Source of the DNA: Candidatus Dormiibacterota bacterium
Lineage (GTDB): Bacteria; Chloroflexota; Dormibacteria; Aeolococcales; Bog-877
Assembly: GCA_027319585.1 (NCBI GenBank)
Contig: DAHVMY010000004.1
Location: forward strand, 1,427-65,426
Direction of reading: 5' to 3'
DNA length: 64,000 bases
Both the position numbers and the translations under genes were made by a program. The notes beneath the pieces are model-generated. The model did not search any database and was not told the DNA's origin. It saw only the letters and a list, made by a program, of their open reading frames with translations. Of this stretch, positions 40,827 to 50,202 are shown piece by piece (position 1 is the first letter of the stretch; the number at the start of each line of letters is the position of its first letter).

Positions 40827-41038
40827 CCCCTGTGCACCTCGAAGTTGGCCAGGCGCGGTCCCGGGCTGGAGATGACCACGGTGTGCCCGCAGCGTGGACA
40901 GACATGCACGGCCCCCGAGCGGGTCACCACCCGACCCCCCTCCAGCTGCACCTGACACTCCGGGCCATCGACGCGCCTCCATGTGAGATCTGTCGCCCCA
41001 CAATGATCGCAGGTGTCCGGAGGCGGGTTGTTAAGCAT
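40823..41038 (-). CDS. Small zinc-ribbon protein
   Basis: 71 aa with CDHC and CPRC; overlaps both neighbours (8 bp and 4 bp). Confidence 0.7.
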   Translation of the reverse strand: MLNNPPPDTCDHCGATDLTWRRVDGPECQVQLEGGRVVTRSGAVHVCPRCGHTVVISSPGPRLANFEVHRG

Positions 41039-42224
41039 CGGGCCGCCCCGACTCGCAGAAGGACAGGGCCGCCCGAGCCATGACCTCCACCCCCACCGGG
41101 AGGCAGGCTTCGTCCAGGTCGAAAGCCGGATGGTGATGTGGCGCGGTGATTCCCGCCTCGGCATTGCCGGCCCCGAGCAGAAAGTAGCAACCCGGTACCG
41201 CCCGTAGGAACAGCGATACGTCGTCGCCGACCGTGACCGGCTCTGGATCGATCAGGACCACCCCAGGGCTGGCGGAGACCGCCGCCCTCACCAGCTGGGC
41301 CATCCGGGCGTCGCTCACGACCGGCGGGCACCCGGGCCCGCGCTCGGTTCGGGCGCTCGCGCCGAAACTGGCGGCGATCCCCTGGGCCACCTCAGAGATC
41401 CGGCGGAGCAGCCGATCCCGGTCCTCGACCATGAAGGCGCGCACCGTCCCGGTCAAGGTGACCGTATCCGGAATCACGTTGAAGACGACTCCACCCTCGA
41501 TCTTGCCCACCGTCACCACGGCCGCCTGAAACGGCGAGGTCTCCCGTGAGACCAGGGTCTGCAGTGCCAGCACCACCATGCTGGCGATGGGGATGGGGTC
41601 CAGCGCCTGGTGCGGCAGGGCGCCGTGGCCGCCCCGACCCTCGATGACCACCCTGAACTCATCCGCGGAGGCGAAGATGGCACCCTCCCGCACCCCGACC
41701 GTGCCGGCCGGAAGCCCGCTCCATACGTGCAGCCCGAGCGCCCCCTCCATCTCCGGGTTAGACATCGCCCCTTGGTCGATCATCTCCTGGGCTCCGCCCG
41801 CGGTCTCCTCGGCGGGCTGGAAGGCGAACCGGATCGTCCCGGCAAGCGCAGAGCGCATCCCGGTGAGCAGCTCAGCCACCCCCAGAGCGACCGCCACATG
41901 GGCGTCGTGGCCGCACGCGTGCATCGCCCCGTCCACCAACGATCGGTAGGGCCGGTCGGCGCCACGCTCGAGGAGGGGTAGGGCATCGATGTCCGCCCTC
42001 AGCAGAAGCCGATGACCACCCGGACGTGCACCGTCCAGATCCGCAACCACCGCGCGGCCCTCGACCAGCCGCTTAGGGGTCAGCCCGAGGGTTCGCAGGC
42101 GCTGGGCGATGAAGTCGGCGGTGCCCCGCTCGTGACCGGAGAGCTCCGGATGCTGATGCAGGTGCCGGCGATCCGCGACCAGGCTAGGGCGCAGCCCCTG
42201 GACCGCCTCGTGGATATCAGTCAT
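41031..42224 (-). CDS. M20D amidohydrolase
   Basis: HQHPELSG, RADIDALP, MHACGHDAH, FQPAEE and HHHPAF motifs. Confidence 0.93.
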   Translation of the reverse strand: MTDIHEAVQGLRPSLVADRRHLHQHPELSGHERGTADFIAQRLRTLGLTPKRLVEGRAVVADLDGARPGGHRLLLRADIDALPLLERGADRPYRSLVDGAMHACGHDAHVAVALGVAELLTGMRSALAGTIRFAFQPAEETAGGAQEMIDQGAMSNPEMEGALGLHVWSGLPAGTVGVREGAIFASADEFRVVIEGRGGHGALPHQALDPIPIASMVVLALQTLVSRETSPFQAAVVTVGKIEGGVVFNVIPDTVTLTGTVRAFMVEDRDRLLRRISEVAQGIAASFGASARTERGPGCPPVVSDARMAQLVRAAVSASPGVVLIDPEPVTVGDDVSLFLRAVPGCYFLLGAGNAEAGITAPHHHPAFDLDEACLPVGVEVMARAALSFCESGRPDA

Positions 42225-42573
42225 GCGTACTCCTCGTCGATCTGGCAGGATCTTCCGCCCGGGCGAGCAGCCCCTCCAGGACCACCGGCAGAGCGCTGTT
42301 GGCAACCACCCGGTCGGCCCCCGCGGCCCGGGCTCGCCTCCCCAAGTCTCGCATCAGAACATGGGGGCCAAAGGCGACGATCAGCGGGGGCGGGGTCACC
42401 TGCGAGAGCCCGCGCATCGTCTGCAATCGGGACTCCTGGTCCCGGTTCAGGTCAACCAGCACCAGCTGCAAGCCGCTGAGGTCGGCACCGTGGGCGATCG
42501 ATCGCAGGCTGAGACCATGGTGGCCCAGGATGGCGGAAAGCCGCGACGTGACCATCAGATCCGCCCCCACCAT
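42217..42573 (-). CDS. Degenerate response-regulator receiver-like protein
   Basis: LVLVDL, IVAFGPHV and AAGADRV patterns; start uncertain. Confidence 0.55.
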   Translation of the reverse strand: MVGADLMVTSRLSAILGHHGLSLRSIAHGADLSGLQLVLVDLNRDQESRLQTMRGLSQVTPPPLIVAFGPHVLMRDLGRRARAAGADRVVANSALPVVLEGLLARAEDPARSTRSTHD

Positions 42574-43017
42574 CCCCACCGGTGCTGACCGTCGGAGTGG
42601 GTCATCGCGGCCGATTCCCGATGGCGATCCCTCACTGGTCACTCCGCTAGGGTACGCGTGACGCTGGCCCGACCCGATGGCGGCCCGGGCATCGACCACC
42701 CCCGCGCCCGGCTGCCGTCTCCAGTCGGGCCCTGACCGAGTAGGCAAGTGTTCTCGAGCGAAGCGCCGCCTTCCTGCTCGGACCCGATCGGCCTCTTCGC
42801 GGTGGAGCGGGCAACCCGGATGACGGAAGCGCTCTGATGAGCCCGGGCCCGAGGCGATGCCGCGCCGGCCGTCGGTGATCAGCGAGGCTTGGCGGCCGCC
42901 CGGCTCCGCCAGGCCTCTCGTGGCCCATGCGGCTTCCTGCAAGCAGGTGACCCTTGTGGAACGTGCCTCCCGCCCTCCGAGCCTCAGGAGGACGGTCGAG
43001 GAACCCTCGGACCGGAC

Positions 43018-43701
43018 TCAGGACTCGACAACAACCGGACTTCCCGGCGCGATCCGCCCCGGAACCACAACTTCGGCGTAGACCCCCATCATGGCCTGCC
43101 TGGTCTCCACCAGATGGCGGAGCAGTCCCGGCCACCCAGCGTACGTATCCGGGTCTCGGGTCGTGACCACGCAGCGGGCACATTCCGAGAGCACGCGCAC
43201 GACCGCCGCGCCGATGTGAAGGTGCGCGCCCAGCCATTCTCGTTCCGCATCGACCTGACCGGGGTCGGCAGCGATGAACAGGTTGGCCCGAAACCTCCTG
43301 GGATCCACGTGTCGGTTCACGGCCGCGGCGACGCCGATCACGCTCGGCAGCAGCACCAGGTGGAGAGGTGAGTCATCGAACGCCCCTCCGACCACCTCCG
43401 CCAGCTCGAGGGGACGCTGACACACCTCCCGCAGCCGGTTGGCGACGGCGGGGTGGCGCCAGGGAGTGGGCGGCAGGTCGGGGCCGGTGACCACCGCGCC
43501 GTCGGCGGCGCACACCGCGCGGAACCTCAGGAGCCCCGGCAGCCCACGCGCGCTCACGGGGTGGTCAGGGCGACGGCTCTGACGATCGAAGGCGGCGATC
43601 CCGCGATCGCCCGTCAGCCCGCGAACCCCAAGGTTGGCCGACCGCAGCTGCTCTCCGGCCATCGACTTGACGGGATACCGCCAGATCTCCGCGATCTCCA
43701 T
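43018..43701 (-). CDS. MOSC-domain protein
   Basis: IWRYPVKSMAGE, GDRG, RRFRANL and CARCVVT motifs. Confidence 0.92.
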   Translation of the reverse strand: MEIAEIWRYPVKSMAGEQLRSANLGVRGLTGDRGIAAFDRQSRRPDHPVSARGLPGLLRFRAVCAADGAVVTGPDLPPTPWRHPAVANRLREVCQRPLELAEVVGGAFDDSPLHLVLLPSVIGVAAAVNRHVDPRRFRANLFIAADPGQVDAEREWLGAHLHIGAAVVRVLSECARCVVTTRDPDTYAGWPGLLRHLVETRQAMMGVYAEVVVPGRIAPGSPVVVES

Positions 43702-43755
43702 GTCCGACCGATTCTACTGGAGGGCTCTCGGCCAGAATGCACCTACAATCAAGGG

Positions 43756-44151
43756 ATGCAACCGCCGCTGCTGGCCACCCGCGACGCCCTGGAGGAGATC
43801 CGTGCTTGGAAGGCTCGGGTCCAGCAGCCCGACGCGGTTTTCCGCGTCGACGTGCGGCTGGGGGGGTGCCGGGGCTTCAAGCTCTTCTTCGATCTGGAGG
43901 AGGCGGCGGCCACCGATGACGTGGTCACTGAGGTGGAGGGCGTACGCATCGTCGTCCAAGAAGACGGACTCCCGCTGGTCGCGGGGTCGATCCTTGACTT
44001 CGAGGACAGCTACCGCGGGCGAGGCTTCCGGCTGGCGAATCCCAGGGCGCGCAACGCCTGCGGCTGCGGCACCTCCTTCATGGCTGACTACCCCGGACAG
44101 GCCGAACCAGAGTCGGAATTGGTGGTGGCGGAGGCTCCCACTCCTCACTGA
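43756..44151 (+). CDS. Second A-type Fe-S carrier (HesB/IscA family)
   Basis: GGCRGF and NACGCGTSF motifs; TACAAT 6 nt before the ATG. Confidence 0.88.
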   Translation: MQPPLLATRDALEEIRAWKARVQQPDAVFRVDVRLGGCRGFKLFFDLEEAAATDDVVTEVEGVRIVVQEDGLPLVAGSILDFEDSYRGRGFRLANPRARNACGCGTSFMADYPGQAEPESELVVAEAPTPH

Positions 44152-44167
44152 CCCTGCCGCGCCCCGG

Positions 44168-44380
44168 TCAGTGACGACGGCAGCGGATGGGGATCGTCCG
44201 CAAGATCCGACCGCGCAACTCGCCACCGGCCACCGGGGTCAGGAGTAGGGCCAGCACGATCCCGACCAGGATTCCCCGGCGGAAGCCGCGCAGATAGCGT
44301 CGCACCGGCCGGACGATCTCTTCGTCGACCGCGGTCAGGAACGCCCCTATCCGCTCCTCGGGAGAGCCCGTCCGACTCAT
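44168..44380 (-). CDS. Small YtxH-like membrane protein
   Basis: GFRRGILVGIVLALLLTPVAGGELR; ATGA overlap with the upstream gene. Confidence 0.6.
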   Translation of the reverse strand: MSRTGSPEERIGAFLTAVDEEIVRPVRRYLRGFRRGILVGIVLALLLTPVAGGELRGRILRTIPIRCRRH

Positions 44381-44694
44381 GCGCCGCCGCCGTTGCGACT
44401 CGCCTGCGTCGGCAGACCCGCACCGCTCTCTGCCAGCCGGTGCCGGGCGGTGTGCACCACGGGCTGGACCATCCTGCCTGCCGAGTCGGCCGCATCCGCC
44501 ACCACCCGGAGCGCGGGCTGAACTGTTCGCCATCCCGAGGCGACGCCGTTCGCCACGCGCTCGGCGCGGTGGCGACTCCTGTGGTAGGTGGTCTCGATCG
44601 CCATCCGGGTGTCCCGGCCCGGGCGCGGCGCGATCAGGACCCCGATCACCGCGCCGGCCATGACTCCATGTGAGAATCCCTTCAAATATCCCAT
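44377..44694 (-). CDS. YtxH-domain protein
   Basis: GAVIGVLIAPRPGRDTR motif. Confidence 0.75.
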   Translation of the reverse strand: MGYLKGFSHGVMAGAVIGVLIAPRPGRDTRMAIETTYHRSRHRAERVANGVASGWRTVQPALRVVADAADSAGRMVQPVVHTARHRLAESGAGLPTQASRNGGGA

Positions 44695-44865
44695 CGCTGC
44701 CTCCGAGCTTGGCTGGTCACGGACCTAATCAAAGCACGCCGCGGCCCCTCCGAGGGGATCCGGCTTGGAAGGTGCGCCAGAAAGCCCGCCACCCCGCCAA
44801 CGTGAACCCCCGGGCGCCGACCCTGGGCTGACGGGGACGCCCTGCCCGGAGGGGCCCCGCGAGAT

Positions 44866-45636
44866 TCAGTAGAGAGCTGCGGCCAGCCGGCTCCGGCCCT
44901 CCACCACCGCGGGGTGGTCGGGACCTAGCTGCTCGAAGCAGTAAAGGCAGATTCGCCGCAACCGGTCACGCGCATCACCGGAGTGGGAGGCGACCATGGT
45001 CGTCGCGCGGGCAGCAGCCTCGTCCCAGCGCTCGGCGGCCAGCTGCGCGAGCAGATCGGTGTCGCTCGGATCGTGACTCTGCTGCTGGCACAGCTCGGCC
45101 CAGGCCGCGAGCCCGTCACAGGTGCGGTCCTGAGGTGCCTGGCCGGCCACCTCGAGGGCCTCGGCACAATTCCCGTTCCGGATCAACAGCAGGGTCAGCG
45201 CCCGCCTGGCCGGCAGGTGGGACGGATCGAGGCTCAGCGCCTCCCGCAGCGAGGCTTCATCGCCCAGCTCAACCAGCCGGTCCGCCGGCGAGGGCAGGAG
45301 CCCACTCAAAAACGACCTCACCATGGTGGCGGGCTGAGCCCCAACGAACTCCGCCACGACCTCGCCGCCCCGAAACGCCTTAACGGCCGGGATGCCGCGA
45401 ACCTGATAGCGCTGCGCCAGTTCCTGGTTGGCGTCGACGTCGAGGGTGCGGAGCAGGACCGCCCCTTCCATGGAGTCCACCGCGGCCTCCAGCACCGGGC
45501 CGAGCTGCCGACATGGTCCGCACCAGCTGGCCCAGAAGTCGACCACCACCGGGACCTCCCGGGAGCGCTCGATCACCTCTTGGGCGAAGGTCGACGAGTC
45601 GACCGCCATCCTTACCGCCGGGGCTGTGGGGCTCAT
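44866..45636 (-). CDS. Thioredoxin-TPR protein (YbbN/CnoX-like)
   Basis: DFWASWCGPC, VRGIPAV, helical C-terminus ending R.RLAAALY. Confidence 0.9.
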   Translation of the reverse strand: MSPTAPAVRMAVDSSTFAQEVIERSREVPVVVDFWASWCGPCRQLGPVLEAAVDSMEGAVLLRTLDVDANQELAQRYQVRGIPAVKAFRGGEVVAEFVGAQPATMVRSFLSGLLPSPADRLVELGDEASLREALSLDPSHLPARRALTLLLIRNGNCAEALEVAGQAPQDRTCDGLAAWAELCQQQSHDPSDTDLLAQLAAERWDEAAARATTMVASHSGDARDRLRRICLYCFEQLGPDHPAVVEGRSRLAAALY

Positions 45637-45639
45637 GGC

Positions 45640-45897
45640 TCAGGGGATCGGCCGGCGGCGGTCGTCGGTCTCGACCACACCGGTCCCATGGGTGCACACA
45701 CGATCGGCCCAGCCCAGATAGTTCTGCACGATCCTCACTGCCGAGGGAACCATCGACCGCCGCCGAGCCTCGGCGGTGTCAGCATGCACCGACAGCGCCG
45801 CATGGACGGCGGCGACGTGACGGAGGAACTCGTCGTGGGTGATCCGCGCCTCCCCAAGTGGGGCCCACAGGTCGGGAGGGAAGCCCAGCGCGCGCAT
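45640..45897 (-). CDS. Hypothetical protein
   Basis: ORF just upstream of the YbbN-like gene; start uncertain and could lie further upstream. Confidence 0.35.
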   Translation of the reverse strand: MRALGFPPDLWAPLGEARITHDEFLRHVAAVHAALSVHADTAEARRRSMVPSAVRIVQNYLGWADRVCTHGTGVVETDDRRRPIP

Positions 45898-46064
45898 CGC
45901 GCGCTGGGCGTCTCTCACATCGAATAGACAGGTCTTCCGTCGCCCGTCATGCAAGAACCCGCACTGCCAGGGGTCGTAAAGCGAATTACGAGCCGGCGGG
46001 AGGTCAGGATGAAGGCGCCGAAAGGGGCGCTGGACCGGCGGCTTGCCGACGGCCTGCGCCACCA

Positions 46065-46262
46065 TCAGGCTGCGCGAACGCGCCCCGCCCGAGGCCCCCT
46101 GGTGCTTGGCTCAATCTCAAACTCGACCTGAGCGCCGCGGGTCAGCTGCTCGAAGGCACCGCCCTCCACGCTGGAACGGTGGAAGAAGTACTCCACGCCA
46201 TCCTCAGCGGCTAGAAACCCGAACCCGCGCTCATTGACTGACTTGATTGTTCCGATCGGCAT
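46065..46262 (-). CDS. Cold-shock domain protein
   Basis: RNP1 RGFGFL and RNP2 YFFHRS motifs; 65 aa. Confidence 0.93.
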   Translation of the reverse strand: MPIGTIKSVNERGFGFLAAEDGVEYFFHRSSVEGGAFEQLTRGAQVEFEIEPSTRGPRAGRVRAA

Positions 46263-46292
46263 CTACCATCTCCCGTGCCGCTACGCGGCCAT

Positions 46293-46327
46293 CCTCGCGA
46301 GCCAAATCGATCGACCGGCTCGCGAGG
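46293..46327 (-). promoter_or_regulatory. 11-bp hairpin in the cold-shock gene 5' UTR
   Basis: CCTCGCGAGCC/GGCTCGCGAGG stem between a TGCTAAAGT -10-like element and the RBS. Confidence 0.5.
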
Positions 46328-46471
46328 GAAGCGGCGTCGAACGGCCCCGCAAAATTGGCGCGAGGCAACTCGAACTTTAGCACAACCGCCGATCGCGACG
46401 GCCCGCGCCCGATCGCCATTCCCCGATCTGGATCCCTGAATCGCGAAGGCAGAGCGGCCCCCTGGGAGCCG

Positions 46472-46654
46472 TCAGGGGCGGCGGTCGTCGGCCGCGAGCC
46501 AGGCGAGTCCGAAAGCGATCAGGGCCAATGCCATAGCCACCCCCTGTACCCATAGGTGGTTGCCTCCCTCGGTCCAGGAGAGCCCCAGGCCAATGAGGAA
46601 GAAGGCCGCCGCTGCGGCCGCCAGGTACAGTCGGGGGAGATGGGCCAAGCGCAC
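46472..46654 (-). CDS. Small two-TM membrane protein
   Basis: 60 aa with two hydrophobic segments. Confidence 0.55.
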   Translation of the reverse strand: MRLAHLPRLYLAAAAAAFFLIGLGLSWTEGGNHLWVQGVAMALALIAFGLAWLAADDRRP

Positions 46655-47377
46655 GACGGCACTCAGTTAACCACGCCCAAGACCAGCCGCGGGCGTTGGC
46701 TGGTGGCGGCGGTGGCGTTGCTCGCGACCTGCCTCTACGCCATCACCTGGATCGCCACGCCGGATACCCGCGACCTGACCACGCGTATATCCCGGCTCGA
46801 CGCCGCCCACCACACCCGGCCGCTCCGGCCCGGGGAGGTGCCTCGGTACCTCGCGGATGCGCTGGTCGCCACCGAGGACTCCAGCTTCTACCAGGACCAC
46901 GGCGTGAACGTCGAGGGGCTGCTCAGGTCCGCGGGCTACGACCTCCTTCATCTCTGCGAGTGTCAGGGGGGATCAACGATCACCGAGGAGCTGGCGGACG
47001 ACATCTACATGGGCGGCACCGACCACTCCGTCTGGGGCCGGTGGTGGGACATCATCCTGGCCCTGAAGATCGAGGACCACCTGACCAAGACTCAGGTGCT
47101 GGACGCATTCCTGTCCGAGGTCTACCTGGGTGATGGAGCCGTCGGCGCGCTGCAGGCCAGCCGGGTCTACTTCCATCGACCGTTGTCGACCATCACCCTC
47201 GCTCAGGCGGCGTTGCTGGCGGGCCTGCCCCAGTCCCCGAGTCTGCTCAACCCGCTCCGCCACCCCGCCGCGGCCCGAGCCCGGCGTGAGGATGTCCTGG
47301 AGCTGATGCAGCAGGACGGGTACATCACCGCATCCCAGGCTCGGGCCGCCGAGCGCCAGCCCCTGCTGCCGCCCTGA
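46640..47377 (+). CDS. Monofunctional peptidoglycan transglycosylase-domain protein (GT51)
   Basis: TM segment, ATEDSSFYQDHG, GGSTIT, EVYLG and LAGLPQSPS motifs; start uncertain. Confidence 0.85.
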   Translation: MGQAHDGTQLTTPKTSRGRWLVAAVALLATCLYAITWIATPDTRDLTTRISRLDAAHHTRPLRPGEVPRYLADALVATEDSSFYQDHGVNVEGLLRSAGYDLLHLCECQGGSTITEELADDIYMGGTDHSVWGRWWDIILALKIEDHLTKTQVLDAFLSEVYLGDGAVGALQASRVYFHRPLSTITLAQAALLAGLPQSPSLLNPLRHPAAARARREDVLELMQQDGYITASQARAAERQPLLPP

Positions 47378-47397
47378 CCCTGCCCCACCTCATTGGG

Positions 47398-48399
47398 TCA
47401 GGCGGGATGGTCTGGGGGACGCTCCAGGAATCGCCAGGCATCCGCCAAGATCTGGTCCAGCCCCGGCTTGAGAGGATGCCACCCCAGCTCGTGCTCGATC
47501 CTGCCGCTCGAGGCGACCAGCACCGCGGGGTCCCCGGGCCGCCGCGGTGCGACCCGGATGGGGATGGGGCGGCCCGTCACCCGCCGGGCGGCCTCGACCA
47601 CCTGCAGGACGGAGAAGCCCGCACCGTTGCCGAGGTTGTAGATCCGGTGGTCACCTCCGTGGTCCGGAGCCGGTCGGGCGATCGACTCCAAGGCCAGCAG
47701 GTGAGCGCGGGCCAGGTCCTCGACGTGAACATAGTCGCGGATGCAGGTGCCATCCGGCGTCGGATAGTCATCCCCGAACAGGACCAGTTCAGGCGCGAAT
47801 CCGGACGCCACCCGCAGTAGGTTCGGGACCAGATGGGTCTCGGGTGAGTGCCTCTCCGTGGCCCCCGCCACGGCGCCGGCGACGTTGAAATAGCGCAGGC
47901 TGACGGCCAAGAGGCCATGGGCCACCGCCTCATCCCCGATCATCATGTCGACGGCCAGCTTCGACCTCCCGTACGGGCTGGTCGGGGCGACTCGCGCCGA
48001 CTCCGTGATCGGAACCGACTCCGGCTCGCCGTAGGTGGCGGCTGTTGAGGAGAAGACCAGACGCCGAACGCCAGCTGCCCTCATGGCGTCCAGGAGGGTC
48101 CTGGTTCCGCAAACGTTGGTCGACCAATACACCTCGGGCACCGCGACGGACTCCCCGACCAATGACCGGGCCGCGAAATGCATCACAGCACCAATGCCGC
48201 GCCGGAGCGCAGCCGTGAGCGCATCGCCGTCGGCAATGTCGGCCTCGATGAAGTCAACGGTGGCCGGGACCGCGTCCCGATGACCCGTGGCGAGGCTGTC
48301 GAGGACGACGGGCTCGTGGCCTGCCTCCATCAGGGCCCGGGTCACCACACTTCCGATGTACCCCGCGCCCCCCAAGACCAGGACCTTCAATGTGATCAC
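47398..48399 (-). CDS. galE: UDP-glucose 4-epimerase
   Basis: GGAGYIGS, FSSTAATYG, YGRSK, LRYFNVAG and GTCIRDYVHV motifs. Confidence 0.95.
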   Translation of the reverse strand: MITLKVLVLGGAGYIGSVVTRALMEAGHEPVVLDSLATGHRDAVPATVDFIEADIADGDALTAALRRGIGAVMHFAARSLVGESVAVPEVYWSTNVCGTRTLLDAMRAAGVRRLVFSSTAATYGEPESVPITESARVAPTSPYGRSKLAVDMMIGDEAVAHGLLAVSLRYFNVAGAVAGATERHSPETHLVPNLLRVASGFAPELVLFGDDYPTPDGTCIRDYVHVEDLARAHLLALESIARPAPDHGGDHRIYNLGNGAGFSVLQVVEAARRVTGRPIPIRVAPRRPGDPAVLVASSGRIEHELGWHPLKPGLDQILADAWRFLERPPDHPA

Positions 48400-48625
48400 C
48401 TCCGCTTCCGGGCGGCCTCCGCCGCCGCAGCCGGCGGGGTGGCTTCGTGACTGCAGCGAGCATCGTAAGGGGCGCGAGTTCGCCGCTCCTCGCCCACCCC
48501 CTCGGCCCCCCCGTCGGGCTGAGCCGACCCGACGACCTGAAGGACAGCCCTACCGACTAGACTGGCACACTGTCCTGCGACCGTACCCCTGGCTCGGTCT
48601 CACAGGGGCTCCGGAGGAGATCCGG

Positions 48626-48701
48626 GCCGAGGTAGCTCAGTTGGTAGAGCACGGGTCTGAAAAACCCGGTGTCGGCGGTTCGATCCCGCCCCTCGGCACC
48701 A
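48626..48701 (+). tRNA. tRNA-Phe(GAA)
   Basis: GCCGAGG...CGGGT-CTGAAAA-ACCCG...GTTCGATCC...CCTCGGC-ACCA; 76 nt with encoded CCA. Confidence 0.97.
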
Positions 48702-48748
48702 GTTTTTGATCTCAAAGCGCCCCCCAGACACCGACACCGGCCTGGCGT

Positions 48749-48771
48749 TTGATCCAACCGTTGATCCAACC
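48749..48771 (+). repeat. Tandem TTGATCCAACC repeat (putative integrase arm-type sites)
   Basis: 11-mers at 48749-48759 and 48761-48771, bracketed by CCTGGCGT/ACGCCAGG inverted arms. Confidence 0.5.
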
Positions 48772-48812
48772 CGGGTGGACGCCAGGAGACGTGCGTGGAC
48801 GGTGAGAGCCCC

Positions 48813-49075
48813 TCACCCCTCGGCCAGAGCCGCCTCGATCGCCCCGATCGCGGTTCGCTGCATGGTCTCGGTGGCGTGGGAGTAGGTGTCGAGGGTGGTC
48901 CCGACGGTCGCGTGCCCCAGCATCTCGGACGCGATCTTGGGATGGACACCCGTGCCGAGCGTCACGGTGGCAGCGGTATGTCTCAGATCGTGGAACCTTA
49001 TGGACGGCAGCCCGGCCTGAACCAGCAGGGGATGGAACGAGCGGCGCAGCATGTTCCCTGGATCCAGGGGCTCGG
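48813..49075 (-). pseudogene. Tyrosine integrase C-terminal remnant
   Basis: RFHDLRHTAAT, MLGHATVGTTLDTYSH catalytic motifs; the N-terminal two-thirds is missing. Confidence 0.9.
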
Positions 49076-49077
49076 CC

Positions 49078-49440
49078 AAGGCGAAACTCCTGGTCGTCAC
49101 GAATTGCGCGACGTCCTATGTGGTACAAGACGCCCTCGCCGCCGATGCCGACCGCGGGGTGGCGGTCGACGTTCTTCTCAATCCTCTGGGCTATGGTGCC
49201 AAGGGCGCGGCCTCCTGGCTATCGAACCGTCGAGTTCATGTCCGCTGGGCCCCGGACTCCCCCTACCTCCACGCCAAAGTGATCCTCTCCGCCACCGAAG
49301 GACTTGGCGGGAGTGCCAACCTCAGCTACCACGGGCTGAGCATCAACCGAGAGATGGACGCCATGGCGCCCGCGTCGCTGCTTCCCGCCGCATGGGCCTG
49401 GGGTACTGCCCTCTGGGCCAAGGGGACGCCGGCGGGCTGA
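49078..49440 (+). pseudogene. PLD-like (HKD) nuclease/phospholipase domain, 5'-truncated
   Basis: YLHAKVIL...GGSANLS..G...NRE motif; the 5' end abuts the integrase remnant. Confidence 0.7.
49358..49440 (+). repeat. Direct repeat copy 1 (3' end of PLD-like gene)
   Basis: About 89% identical to 50092-50175 by manual alignment (9 differences in 84 positions). Confidence 0.9.
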
Positions 49441-49451
49441 ACGGCCTGCGC

Positions 49452-49841
49452 CTAGACCTCTACGACCCGCAGAGCAGGAGCGAGGCGGCGCACGTCGGCC
49501 GCGTCCGAGGTTACGACGACATCACCGCGTGCCGTGGCGACCAGTGCGACCTGCCCATCAACCACATCGTACGAGCCCGTCGCCGCCAGTAGCCGGCCGA
49601 CACCGAGAGCTGCCTCGCGATCCAGCGCGGGAACTTGGACGCGACGGTCCCCGATGAGTGCCCCGATCCGGGCCTGACGTGCCCCTCCGCGCCAGGTCTG
49701 GGCGAGCACCCCAGAGGGGATAGCCACCCCTCCTCCGCCCAGCGCCTCGCGCAAGAGCAACGCAACCTCCCGGCGTCCCCGCTCCAGGGCAAGGAGAGCT
49801 CCGCTGTCCAAGGTCAGTCCTCGAGGACGGCCTTGGCCCAC
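49452..49841 (-). CDS. VapC-like PIN-domain toxin
   Basis: TLDSGAL, AQTWRG, DVVDG and VVTSD acidic PIN residues; start uncertain. Confidence 0.85.
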   Translation of the reverse strand: MGQGRPRGLTLDSGALLALERGRREVALLLREALGGGGVAIPSGVLAQTWRGGARQARIGALIGDRRVQVPALDREAALGVGRLLAATGSYDVVDGQVALVATARGDVVVTSDAADVRRLAPALRVVEV

Positions 49842-50044
49842 GCCCGCTCGCTCTCCGTGGCCTCGCCGCCAGTCTCGGCCAGGATCGCATCCACGATGTC
49901 GTCGATGCGATCGTGCTGAGCGCGCTCGGCTACCACTTCGCTGACATAGGAGCTCAGGTTGGCGGCCCTTCCGGCTGCCACTTCGGCTCGTGCTTGGCGA
50001 AGCACGTCCTCAGGCATCGTGATCGTGACCTTCTGCGTTGCCAT
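49814..50044 (-). CDS. RHH-type antitoxin (VapB-like)
   Basis: KVTITMPEDVL...NLSSYVSEVV; overlaps the toxin; TAGGAT 6 nt before the ATG. Confidence 0.85.
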   Translation of the reverse strand: MATQKVTITMPEDVLRQARAEVAAGRAANLSSYVSEVVAERAQHDRIDDIVDAILAETGGEATESERAWAKAVLED

Positions 50045-50091
50045 ACATTTATCCTACCAGGAATCCAGTTCTGGACCGCCCCGCACGCTGC

Positions 50092-50175
50092 ACGCCATGG
50101 TGCCCGCCGCCCTGCTGCCGGCCGCATGGGCGTGGGGGTACTGCCCTCTGGGCCACGGGGACGCCGGCGGGCTGA
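50092..50175 (+). repeat. Direct repeat copy 2 (isolated, frameshifted PLD-like 3' end)
   Basis: Same peptide pattern (AMVPAALLPAAWAWG) with a 1-nt insertion, ending at the equivalent TGA. Confidence 0.9.
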
Positions 50176-50202
50176 GGGGCCAGGAAACTCAGCGGGCCGG
50201 GA

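Noticed and set aside
42600-43017. About 400 bp unexplained gap; considered tmRNA, RNase P or a longer ORF
   Set aside because: No tmRNA termini. The GGAAGTCCGG look-alike lies inside the MOSC coding end. Only a hairpin after the MOSC stop is evident.
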